From Verrucomicrobiota bacterium (GTDB lineage Bacteria > Verrucomicrobiota > Verrucomicrobiia > Verrucomicrobiales > DEV007), in assembly GCA_045046875.1 (NCBI GenBank), contig JASFYY010000037.1, positions 1 to 64,000 on the forward strand: DNA of 64,000 nucleotides, in the 5' to 3' direction. Positions 9,828-19,006 of the stretch are shown here, one piece after another. Positions within the stretch are counted from its first letter, which is position 1. The number at the start of each line of letters is the position of its first letter. A model generated the notes under the pieces. It had not been told where the DNA came from. It ran no database searches and saw only the letters and a list, made by a program, of their open reading frames with translations. The position numbers were made by a program, and so were the translations under genes.

Positions 9828-10931
9828 ATGGCTCCACTCCCTTATTTTTTCTCCCACGCAGTTAGAAAGATGTTTTTCTTCATCTGCGCGGTATGTCTAA
9901 TCTCGACAAGCGCCTGGTGCGAGGGAGGTGTGCAAGCACAAAAAAACACAACAATTCCCCAGACCCAATACGACGACATCAATGCCTTGTTGCAACGCAT
10001 CCGTTCAGGTTTTGATAAAGCCATTAACAAATCGGCGGCTCAACGGGATAAAAAAGTTCAGGAACTTAACCAAAAATACCTCAAACAACTTGAGCAAGTT
10101 CAGCGTTATTACACCGCCAGCGGAAACGCCAACGCAGCCTTGCTCACCCGTGACGAAATCCTACGCATTACCAACGAACCCCATACAAATCCCGCCGCCC
10201 TGAAAGGGGTCGATTCTGAACGCTTACAAAAAAGCCAACAATTGTATCTTAGTTCGAAAAAACAAATCAACACATCCCATCTCGCCAAATCGCAACGTTT
10301 GTATACCCTCGGCAACGAAGCCCTGAAAAAACGCGCCAGTGAACTGACGCGTAAAGGCGACTTGGACCGGGTGGCGGCGCTCACAAAGTTAATCCCCCAA
10401 TGGAGCAACCGCTCCGATCTCAAATCCGAGCCCCAAACAATCACTACTGCAGGAAACTTTACTGCCACCATTCATTTTTTCTTCAAAGGTGACATCGAAC
10501 TCTTTCACAATGGAAAAAAACTCAGTTATGAAAGTGACCAGGTGCAATTCGGCACTTCCGGAATCTCCAATGGCATCAAAATTAGCGATGGAGATATCAT
10601 TGCATTCCGTCTCCGCAGCGACGCGGTGAACCGCTCTCTGATTGCCTCTATTTTCAGCAAAAACCACTCGCGTTTTGTTCCTCTGAAACTGCGTGACTAT
10701 CGATACATCGAAGACACCCGGGGGGTGGACGTAACGACGAAACATGTCAAACGCGGCAAAGCACTCGCTAAAGAGGGCCAGACCCACACTGAAATCGAAA
10801 ATATCTGGGCATCGCACCGCATGCCGGAAAAGGTGAAAAATGAAAGCGAATGGATCACCATCCCGCAAAAAAATGACTGGGTCACCTACGCGATCGAAAT
10901 CAGCAGCTCTGATATCAAAACGATACGCTAG
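9828..10931 (+). CDS. Secreted protein with a helical N-terminal repeat region and a beta-rich C-terminal domain (paralog of 63155->64000)
   Basis: Signal-like segment (alternative start 9870); LNQKYLKQLEQVQ..GN..AAL and LTRKGDLDRV shared with the gene at the window end. Confidence 0.7.
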   Translation: MAPLPYFFSHAVRKMFFFICAVCLISTSAWCEGGVQAQKNTTIPQTQYDDINALLQRIRSGFDKAINKSAAQRDKKVQELNQKYLKQLEQVQRYYTASGNANAALLTRDEILRITNEPHTNPAALKGVDSERLQKSQQLYLSSKKQINTSHLAKSQRLYTLGNEALKKRASELTRKGDLDRVAALTKLIPQWSNRSDLKSEPQTITTAGNFTATIHFFFKGDIELFHNGKKLSYESDQVQFGTSGISNGIKISDGDIIAFRLRSDAVNRSLIASIFSKNHSRFVPLKLRDYRYIEDTRGVDVTTKHVKRGKALAKEGQTHTEIENIWASHRMPEKVKNESEWITIPQKNDWVTYAIEISSSDIKTIR

Positions 10932-10980
10932 CCTGGCGATACCTTAAACACTTATCCTCCCCCTCAATGGCATCTCCTTT

Positions 10981-11005
10981 GTAGGATAGATTTCCAAATC
11001 TGTCG
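10981..11005 (+). repeat. GTAG-type REP-like palindrome, copy 1
   Basis: GTAGGATAGATTTCCAAATCTGTCG, identical to 12615-12639. Confidence 0.75.
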
Positions 11006-11058
11006 AGGGGAAGAGTCACATGACTAGAGTAAAGCCTCCCTTCACAACCCACCCGCTA

Positions 11059-11967
11059 TTACCCCAACGGCGCACGCCCCCTCTCCCCCTTCCGGCGCAG
11101 CCAAGCCGAGATGGCAGAGATATCCGCTTCTCGTAAAAAAACGAAATAGGTCATTATCATCGTCAGCGAAAACATGGTGATATTATTCGACGCTACGACA
11201 ATGGCCAGGTGAAAAATAATTCCCAGGACGATGCCCCACCATCTTGTCCTCGGAACAAAAAGCAGGATAGGCAAAACCATTTCGAAGACCAGAGTCCCCC
11301 ATGTGAGCAAACGCATCAAAGGCATCATCTCGACGACCCACAAACCCGGCCACCGTGAATGATGTGAAAGCATGAAAAAAGCAAAAAACTCACCATTCAT
11401 CCACCAAGTGTCCTGCAGCCTGCCAATAACTGTCTGCCAGTAAATCACCAACACTTGAAGCTGCATCAATGTGATCCCATAGACAGGAACACTTATTGTT
11501 TTTGGCAACCACGATCCACCCAATTTCCATGCCTTGCCCAAAGGGCTCACTAAAATCAAAAAAGCAAAGGACCGTAATACCAAATCCCACCCCGTCACAG
11601 CAACAGGAGCGCGCAAAGCACACGATGAAACCCAAATGAACACACACAGTGCTGCCAATCGTGGCGCCCACCCCAGTGCGAGACAAACCATCGCTCCTGC
11701 ACTGAACACAAAATAGGCCGTAACAGCAGGAGCTGAACGAACCACCCCAAAAACCGACAAATAAAAATACCGGGTTTCAGCCAAGGCCGCTCCCTGGTCG
11801 ATCATTCCCTGATCGGAATAAAAAGCATGGCGATAAGGCCACAGCATACCTAAACTGATCAAGGCCACGATGGAAAAAACAAAGCGCACCAAGGCATAAT
11901 GACTTTCATCAACCTGACGCAACCACAAGGCATGGGTGATTTCTCTAAACCTATGACCTTCTTCCAT
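11059..11967 (-). CDS. HTTM-domain membrane protein (vitamin-K-dependent carboxylase / SdpB-like)
   Basis: LMQLQVLVIYWQT..WWMNGE, LTWGTLVFE, GIIFHLAI..MFSLTM; start MEEG at 11967 directly after the upstream stop. Confidence 0.75.
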   Translation of the reverse strand: MEEGHRFREITHALWLRQVDESHYALVRFVFSIVALISLGMLWPYRHAFYSDQGMIDQGAALAETRYFYLSVFGVVRSAPAVTAYFVFSAGAMVCLALGWAPRLAALCVFIWVSSCALRAPVAVTGWDLVLRSFAFLILVSPLGKAWKLGGSWLPKTISVPVYGITLMQLQVLVIYWQTVIGRLQDTWWMNGEFFAFFMLSHHSRWPGLWVVEMMPLMRLLTWGTLVFEMVLPILLFVPRTRWWGIVLGIIFHLAIVVASNNITMFSLTMIMTYFVFLREADISAISAWLRRKGERGRAPLG

Positions 11968-11968
11968 A

Positions 11969-12529
11969 TTATTCCGCATCCTCCAAAGATCCAAATTGTT
12001 CGTGAATAGCTTTTGTCAGCTTCCCGTCTTTGGTGATATGAAAAAAATTACGGGTAGCCAAGTTCTCTACCTCCACCCGATAAGACAAAGCCCCCTCATG
12101 CTCAACTTGTTGAGCAATTTTTGCCTCCCAGCCTTCACGGAACCGTGCATAGGATTGATCATGCAACATCCGGTCAATGACATAATAATAACGTACCCGT
12201 TTTGGAGTCTGCACCCTTTCCAAGCCCGGCAAAACCGGACCTCTCACTACTTCCTTCCCATCAGGATATCTCAAGGTCATTTCTACCGATGACGAGGCAA
12301 AAGCGGGAATCGTATAAAACATATTCCACTGCTGGGCTGTCCCCGTCAGTTCTTGGTAGGGTGTCAGCAAAGGCAGCAAGTCCGCATGCGGCGACCAATC
12401 TCTCGGAACAATCGCAACAAGCAACATCACTCCATGGAGAAATCCAAACAAAACGATTGCCACCTTTTGAACAGAAGACATCTGATACGATGATCCCTCA
12501 TCTACTTCTGCATTCCTTTCCGACATCAC
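11969..12529 (-). CDS. Membrane-anchored partner of the HTTM protein (SdpA/DUF5819-like)
   Basis: One TM helix then YQELTGTAQQWNMFY (QxWxMF motif); tightly coupled to the HTTM gene. Confidence 0.55.
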   Translation of the reverse strand: MMSERNAEVDEGSSYQMSSVQKVAIVLFGFLHGVMLLVAIVPRDWSPHADLLPLLTPYQELTGTAQQWNMFYTIPAFASSSVEMTLRYPDGKEVVRGPVLPGLERVQTPKRVRYYYVIDRMLHDQSYARFREGWEAKIAQQVEHEGALSYRVEVENLATRNFFHITKDGKLTKAIHEQFGSLEDAE

Positions 12530-12614
12530 GCAATTAACTCACCCTTTGAATTTATGCAACCGAAACAGCGCTTGAGCGAAGACCTACGAGCACCAAAAAA
12601 ACCTCCCCCCCATC

Positions 12615-12639
12615 GTAGGATAGATTTCCAAATCTGTCG
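12615..12639 (+). repeat. GTAG-type REP-like palindrome, copy 2
   Basis: Identical 25-mer to 10981-11005. Confidence 0.75.
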
Positions 12640-12689
12640 CTGCCAAGACTCACTGTCAAAATGAGGATTCAAAAACACCCCTCATCCCC

Positions 12690-14204
12690 CTACAAGCCCT
12701 TCAATATCTCCAAGGCCTTGTCCTCAAACATCTTCTGCCAACCGGGTGCCACCTGGGTATCACTATCCTCCTGAGCCCCTCCGGCATTTTTCAACTGCTC
12801 ATCCGTCGGCGCATAATAAATATAACCGTTGGAATAAGCGGCCACAAAAGTCTTTTTGTGCGGTGAGGCTTTTTTGATATTCAAACCAATCGGCACCGTG
12901 ACTTCCCCTGGAAAACTGACCAAGCGAAAATCTCCGACCCGCAAACCCATCACTTCAACATCGACGATGTGTTTGGCATCCGCGTCATACTCCGCCTGAT
13001 GCTTTTTGAGCAAGCGCAAATTCGCCGCCACCCGGGTCAGTTTTTCCATCGTATAAATATTGTTCAGGTAGCGTTTCATATTGCTACGGTTCGCCTCATC
13101 CATCTTTTTCATGTTATCACGGCCAATCATCTCGTCGTGCAGATAACGATGGGAATAATAAGAAGGGTAATTTTCTTTGGCTTTATATTTAGTGAGTAAA
13201 GGCGAAAAAGTCTCCCAATTCAGGCTCGTCCCTGACAAGGATGCCAACAATTTTTGTTGCTGAGCTTCCATCGCTTTGATGTAACCCGCATTATTACGAC
13301 GCGGCAATTGCAATCGCTGATTGATGGTTTTCAGAGTGGTCTCTTCATTGGTTTTTATTTTTCGCAAGGCCCGCAAGGCGCTTAACCCCAGTAAATTTCC
13401 CAGTGGCTCCGCATCACGCGGACTCGATACCGATTTATACTCCACCGGGTTGATATCCCCTCCACAGCCCTGTAAAAAAAGCGCTATGGTGCCCTCGCTC
13501 AAATTGTCCTCGATCACGGTGGAAGCGAAACCGGTCACGTCCGCGGTATTCGCGCCACTCGGAACTCCCTGAATCGGATGCATGGCAAAATTGTAAACCA
13601 CAGCCAAGGTCGTGCCATCCTTACGATCCAAGCGCAGCAAACCGATCTCCGGATCCACCGGCCCGATGGACGCAATCTCTTCATCCGGCGGCAACGCATA
13701 AGCATGACGCACATCCGCCGTTTTGCCGTTTTTAAGCTTGATCCGGCGATTCTCCATCACTCGGTTTTCAGAGCCGGAACCAGAACCCACCAGCACCGGC
13801 TCCATTTTTTCCAGCGCCAGTTTCACGGCCTTGACGGTGCGCTGCGCCACATCCGGACAAATTCTCGCGTGGCAGTGACTGGCATTAACCAGAACGTTCG
13901 TTGTTTCAATACCCAGTTCCTTCTTCAACTGCTCCCGAACCTCTGGCAAATACGAATTTTTGATCGAGCCAATCTCACCTATGGCCACCGCATCCACCGT
14001 GATGATCACCGCTTTTGTTTTGCCGTCATCCAAAACCAGCGCCTTCACATACGGGGGATCATTAATCGGTCCGCCAGCGGCAGCAATGTCCACCTTGGCC
14101 GCCCCGGCTTTCAGCTCGCCGGCTCGAACACTCGCAGTAGAAAATACGAAACATAAAACTAACAGGCACAAAGCCCTCTTTAAGGAAAACGGGGAGTTAT
14201 TCAT
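12690..14204 (-). CDS. Secreted neutral/alkaline ceramidase-like metallohydrolase
   Basis: LKAGAAKVDI, NASHCH, YNFAMHP, FLQGCGGDINP, FPGEV, YSNGYIYYAPT. Confidence 0.7.
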   Translation of the reverse strand: MNNSPFSLKRALCLLVLCFVFSTASVRAGELKAGAAKVDIAAAGGPINDPPYVKALVLDDGKTKAVIITVDAVAIGEIGSIKNSYLPEVREQLKKELGIETTNVLVNASHCHARICPDVAQRTVKAVKLALEKMEPVLVGSGSGSENRVMENRRIKLKNGKTADVRHAYALPPDEEIASIGPVDPEIGLLRLDRKDGTTLAVVYNFAMHPIQGVPSGANTADVTGFASTVIEDNLSEGTIALFLQGCGGDINPVEYKSVSSPRDAEPLGNLLGLSALRALRKIKTNEETTLKTINQRLQLPRRNNAGYIKAMEAQQQKLLASLSGTSLNWETFSPLLTKYKAKENYPSYYSHRYLHDEMIGRDNMKKMDEANRSNMKRYLNNIYTMEKLTRVAANLRLLKKHQAEYDADAKHIVDVEVMGLRVGDFRLVSFPGEVTVPIGLNIKKASPHKKTFVAAYSNGYIYYAPTDEQLKNAGGAQEDSDTQVAPGWQKMFEDKALEILKGL

Positions 14205-14304
14205 TCGTCAATGGGGGTATATATATCTAGTGGTTGCCGTTTAGTGCTCGGCCATTAACCTTTTTCTTGAAAAGATTGACCGTCAACCTTTGATTTCCCC
14301 TCTT

Positions 14305-17142
14305 ATGACCCTTCATCGCCTTTTTCACACTTTTCTGTTATTCGCATCCTATACTCTGACAACGAGTGCGCAAAATGCGCCCAGCTCCCCCGACCCCCAA
14401 CGCAGCCCTTGGACCACTTCACGAATTCAAGGCTCCCCGGAAGTCCCTCTTCCCTACAGCTCGGAAGCGGTGTTTCAAAAATTGCAATTCAGCAACGCGC
14501 TGGAAATGATCTCCATCGGTGACCGCCTGGTGGTGGTCGAACGTGGTGGCAAAATCTGGTCATTCCCCCAAGATCTGGCAGCAGAAAAAGCAGACCTGCT
14601 CATCGACCTGAAATCCCTGCACCCAAAAATGACCTTCGCTTATGGCATCGCTTTTCATCCACAATGGAAAACAAAAAAAGAGGTCTTCATCACCTACACC
14701 CTGGCCAACGGATTGGAGGACGGCACCCACCTCTCGCGCTTCCGGCTCAAGGATGGTGACATTCCCCAACTTGATCCTGACAGCGAAGAAATTCTGCTCA
14801 CCTGGCTCAGCGGTGGACACAACGGAGCGAACCTGCGTTTCGGCCCTGACGGCATGCTTTACATCTCGACCGGCGACGCCGCCGTGCCCTCCCCACCAGA
14901 TATCCTGAATTCCGGCCAGGACAACAGCGATCTGCTCTGCGCGATCTTACGCATAGACATCAATCATTCAGAAAAACCTAATCCTTATGTAGTTCCGAAA
15001 GATAACCCCTATTTTAACGTAAAAAATGTTCGGCCCGAAGTATGGGCCTTTGGTTTCCGTAATCCATGGAAAATGAGCTTCGGCCCCAAAGGAAAGCTCT
15101 GGGTCGGTGATGTCGGTTGGGAGCTCTGGGAGATGATCCATCTGGTTGATAAAGGCCACAACGCCGGTTGGTCGGCGATGGAATCCAGCAACCCGATCAA
15201 GCCGGAAACCGCCAGCCCGCTTGCCCCCATCACCGCTCCGCTCGCCTCCCACCCCCACACCGAAGCCTCCTCGATCACCGGGGGTTACGTTTACCAAGGG
15301 ACACGCCTGCCCGAGCTAAAAGGAGCCTACATCTACGGCGATTACACCAGCGGAAAAATCTGGGCGCTGTGGCATGATGGGCAAAAAATCACCCGACACG
15401 AAGAGATCGCCGACACCCCACATCGCATCTCCACCTTTGGTCAAGACCAGGATGGAGAACTCTACTACATCGACTACGCCACGCCCTCCGGTATTTACCG
15501 CCTGATCCCCAATCCAAAAGCCGGTAAAAAAAGTGACTTCCCCCAGCGACTGAGCGAAACCGGATTATTCACCGATACACCCAAACAGACACCTGCTCCC
15601 GGCGTTTACCCATACGACATCATCGAACCGATGTGGCAGGATGGAGCCAACAGCCAACGATTCATCGCCCTGCCGGATAAAAACAAAATCAACACCACCA
15701 TCGAATACCACGCCGACCAGACCATTCGTCGATCCACGGTCACCTGGCCCATCGACACCGTGCTGGCAAAAACAATCAGCACTGGTGCCCCCTCCCATCA
15801 CAAAATCGAAACCCAAATCCTCCACTATGACGGCGAGAGCTGGAATGGCTATTCCTACCGTTGGAACAAAAACGGCAGTGATGCGGATCTGGTCGTCGCC
15901 AAGGGCGAAGAAGTCCCGGTTCCCGAGCAGGGCTGGCAAGGCGGCACTCGCTATCAAATCCACAGCCGTTCGCAATGCAGCCGCTGCCACAATTCGTGGA
16001 ATAAATATGTGCTCGGTTTTCAACCCTGGCAGTTAAAAAGCCTGCCTCACTCGGGCAATCCCTCCATTCGCGAAAGCGCCATCACACTGGGTTTGCTGGA
16101 TTCTAAATTTTTCGAACGTAATACCCGTGGTTTGCTTACATCCAGTCACGGTCGCGGCTCCACCAATCAGCAAGCCCGCTCCTGGTTGCACGCCAATTGC
16201 TCCGCCTGCCATCGCCGCCACGGTGGTGGCAGCGCTCCGCTCGAGGTGAACTTTGAAGTCCCTCTGATGCAGGCCGCTTTACTCTACGAAAAACCAACAC
16301 GTGGCGACTTCGGCCTTGATGATGCATCGGTCATCGTCCCCGGCTCCCCAACCCAGTCCGCCCTACTCTACCGCATCACCTCCACCGGCAGCGCCCACAT
16401 GCCGCTGATTGGCCCACGTGAAGTAGACGCACACGCTGAAACCCTGATCACAAAATGGATCAACGAACTGCCTCATGCCAACCAACAAACGGACGGCAAC
16501 ATCGAAGCCGGTCTAAGTTCCCCATCCAATGCAATGAAGATGATTGCCAAGATCAACTCCGGAGAACTCTCCGACGCTCAACGAAAGTCTACCATCGATG
16601 CCGGCCTCGCTTCCTCCAACGCAAACATCAACGCGCTCTTCCTGCGTTTTCTCTCCCCCGATGAACGCCCCCGCACACTCGGCTCCGACATCGATGTCCA
16701 AAACATCCTCCAACTCACCGGCAACGCCAAACACGGTGCCCAAATTCTCTCGACCACCGGAAAATGGGCCGCCTGTTACGCCTGCCACCGCATCAATGAG
16801 CTCGGCGGCAAGATCGGGCCGGATCTGACTAAAGTCGCAACTCGTCTCAATAAACAACAAATCCTCGACAGTTTGCTCACTCCTTCCAAAACCATCAATC
16901 CCGAGTTCCAAGCTTGGCAGATAGAACTCTCCGACGAAAAAACTCTAACTGCCTTCATCATCAAACAAGACAAAAAACAACTCACCCTTCGTCTCGTTGA
17001 TGGCAGCACAAAAAACATCGCCAAAACAAAAATCAAAAATCAAAGCCCCCTGCCCACCAGCCTGATGCCCGAAGGCCTATTACAAACCCTCACCCAACAA
17101 GAAGCCGCCGATGTGCTGGAATGGTTGAGCACCTTGAAATAA
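14305..17142 (+). CDS. PQQ-dependent glucose/sorbosone dehydrogenase-family protein with cytochrome c domains
   Basis: HNGANLRFGPDGMLYISTGD, AFGFRNPWK, SITGGYVYQG; three CxxCH (CSRCH, CSACH, CYACH); C-terminal SLMPEGL. Confidence 0.85.
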   Translation: MTLHRLFHTFLLFASYTLTTSAQNAPSSPDPQRSPWTTSRIQGSPEVPLPYSSEAVFQKLQFSNALEMISIGDRLVVVERGGKIWSFPQDLAAEKADLLIDLKSLHPKMTFAYGIAFHPQWKTKKEVFITYTLANGLEDGTHLSRFRLKDGDIPQLDPDSEEILLTWLSGGHNGANLRFGPDGMLYISTGDAAVPSPPDILNSGQDNSDLLCAILRIDINHSEKPNPYVVPKDNPYFNVKNVRPEVWAFGFRNPWKMSFGPKGKLWVGDVGWELWEMIHLVDKGHNAGWSAMESSNPIKPETASPLAPITAPLASHPHTEASSITGGYVYQGTRLPELKGAYIYGDYTSGKIWALWHDGQKITRHEEIADTPHRISTFGQDQDGELYYIDYATPSGIYRLIPNPKAGKKSDFPQRLSETGLFTDTPKQTPAPGVYPYDIIEPMWQDGANSQRFIALPDKNKINTTIEYHADQTIRRSTVTWPIDTVLAKTISTGAPSHHKIETQILHYDGESWNGYSYRWNKNGSDADLVVAKGEEVPVPEQGWQGGTRYQIHSRSQCSRCHNSWNKYVLGFQPWQLKSLPHSGNPSIRESAITLGLLDSKFFERNTRGLLTSSHGRGSTNQQARSWLHANCSACHRRHGGGSAPLEVNFEVPLMQAALLYEKPTRGDFGLDDASVIVPGSPTQSALLYRITSTGSAHMPLIGPREVDAHAETLITKWINELPHANQQTDGNIEAGLSSPSNAMKMIAKINSGELSDAQRKSTIDAGLASSNANINALFLRFLSPDERPRTLGSDIDVQNILQLTGNAKHGAQILSTTGKWAACYACHRINELGGKIGPDLTKVATRLNKQQILDSLLTPSKTINPEFQAWQIELSDEKTLTAFIIKQDKKQLTLRLVDGSTKNIAKTKIKNQSPLPTSLMPEGLLQTLTQQEAADVLEWLSTLK

Positions 17143-17173
17143 GCAAGCTTTTACCGATACTTGAGGCATCACA

Positions 17174-18994
17174 ATGGATCTATCCGCCGCAGCCACATTC
17201 AACGACCTGGAATCCCTCAATCTGGTTCTATGCGATTTTGTTCACAATGAAGCTCAAGCTCAGCGTGATCAGTATCAACGCCACATCCAACGCCCGATCG
17301 AGGAACGTATCATCGAAGAACGCTGCCTCGCTGATTTGCACATCAGCAACGACATGGATCCAGAAAAACGCAGCTATCATTTCACCTGCACCAGTCGTTT
17401 GGGCAACACCGCGCGCTTCCGCGAAGGCGATCGTCTGCGCTTGCACCGAGGCGAAGGCTTGGACCAGGGTTTTGATGTGGTGCTCGTCCGCGAATGGGAC
17501 AAAGGCGGCGAAATCCGACCCGAAAGCGGAATCGGAGAGCTCACAACTCTACTGGAAACTGAAACCAAGGGCTGGATATTGGACGAAGGTTTTTTTGACT
17601 CTGAAAAACTACTGCTCTCCGGTCTCGACTCAGCGATGAAATCAGAAGATGGCAGAGAGCGCATCCTTTCTCTCTTCGGCGGCTTCGCACAAAAGGAAAT
17701 GGAGTTCGGCATGGAAGACATGGACGACGGCGAAGCTTACGCAGAAGATGCCGGCCTCGATTTTTCCCAAAGCGAAGCCCTTTCACTGGCCATATCAACC
17801 AATCATTGCCATCTTATTCAAGGCCCTCCCGGCACCGGCAAAACCTACGTGCTTGCCCAAACCATCGCCACTCTGGTCGAGCGCGGTGAACGTGTTCTTC
17901 TCACCGCCTTCACTCACCGGGCCATCCATCACGCGCTGAAAACCTGCCACCGGGTGATCCGCGATCCCGACCGCATTGCCAAAATCGGCGTCTCCGTTTT
18001 TGACCCCGCTCTCGCCCCGATTGCCCAATACGGTTCGTGGAAAAAATCACGCATCCGCCACCAACACGGCGGCCTGTTAGTCGGAGCCACTCCCTTTGCC
18101 GCCGCCTCCCGCCGTCTCGCCGAAGCCCGTTTCGACACCGTCGTCATCGACGAAGCCAGTCAGATGACCGTGCCTCTAGCCATCCTGGCGATGATGAAAG
18201 GTAAACGTTTTTTGTTCTTCGGCGACCACCAGCAACTACCTCCGGTTTTGCAATCCATCCCCAAACATGACGCATCTTCCTGGTCGGTCTTCGGCAGCCT
18301 GATCCGGCACAGCGATGTCAGCACTCTGAAAACCACCTACCGCCTCAACAGCGAACTCTCCCAGTGGCCAAGCAAAACCTTCTACGCCAACGAACTGGTA
18401 CCCGAAGCCTCCATCGCTGACCGACAACTACCTCTGCCCAATCGCAAACCCGGCCATGCCGCTTTGAGTGACATCGCCAGTCTGATTTTCTGGCAGGTTC
18501 ATCATGAAAAATCGCGCACCTCCAGCAAAGAAGAAGCCCAGGCGGTGTCTGCCATCATCGTCGATGCCGTGCGCTCCGGACTCAAAGCAAGCGACATCGG
18601 AGTCGTCACGCCCTATCGCCGCCAGGCCAAACTGATCAAACAAAAACTACGTCAATCATCCTTGTTACCCGATGGAGCTGCTGATGATGTGGTCATCGAT
18701 ACCGTCGAACGTTTCCAGGGACAAGAGCGCGAACTGGTCATCCTCTCCCTGACCACTTCCGACTCGTCTTTTCTCGACAAAGTAGCTGACTTTTATCTGC
18801 AAGCACAACGCTGGAATGTAGCCATCACCCGCGCCCGATCCAAGCTCATCATCGTCGGCAGCCCTCTGCTGACCAACTACACTCCCGTCGACCCCGATCT
18901 GGATGATGCAGCTTATCTGGTTCGCGACTTATTAGATCAATGCATCTGCCTCAACCGCAAAAGCACCAACGACGTATCCGCAGACAACACGTGA
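17174..18994 (+). CDS. Superfamily 1B (Upf1/Dna2/NAM7-like) helicase
   Basis: IQGPPGTGKT, VVIDEASQ, GDHQQLPPV, TYRL, TPYRRQ, TVERFQGQERE, RWNVAITRAR. Confidence 0.9.
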   Translation: MDLSAAATFNDLESLNLVLCDFVHNEAQAQRDQYQRHIQRPIEERIIEERCLADLHISNDMDPEKRSYHFTCTSRLGNTARFREGDRLRLHRGEGLDQGFDVVLVREWDKGGEIRPESGIGELTTLLETETKGWILDEGFFDSEKLLLSGLDSAMKSEDGRERILSLFGGFAQKEMEFGMEDMDDGEAYAEDAGLDFSQSEALSLAISTNHCHLIQGPPGTGKTYVLAQTIATLVERGERVLLTAFTHRAIHHALKTCHRVIRDPDRIAKIGVSVFDPALAPIAQYGSWKKSRIRHQHGGLLVGATPFAAASRRLAEARFDTVVIDEASQMTVPLAILAMMKGKRFLFFGDHQQLPPVLQSIPKHDASSWSVFGSLIRHSDVSTLKTTYRLNSELSQWPSKTFYANELVPEASIADRQLPLPNRKPGHAALSDIASLIFWQVHHEKSRTSSKEEAQAVSAIIVDAVRSGLKASDIGVVTPYRRQAKLIKQKLRQSSLLPDGAADDVVIDTVERFQGQERELVILSLTTSDSSFLDKVADFYLQAQRWNVAITRARSKLIIVGSPLLTNYTPVDPDLDDAAYLVRDLLDQCICLNRKSTNDVSADNT

Positions 18995-19006
18995 TCCGCC
19001 AACGAT

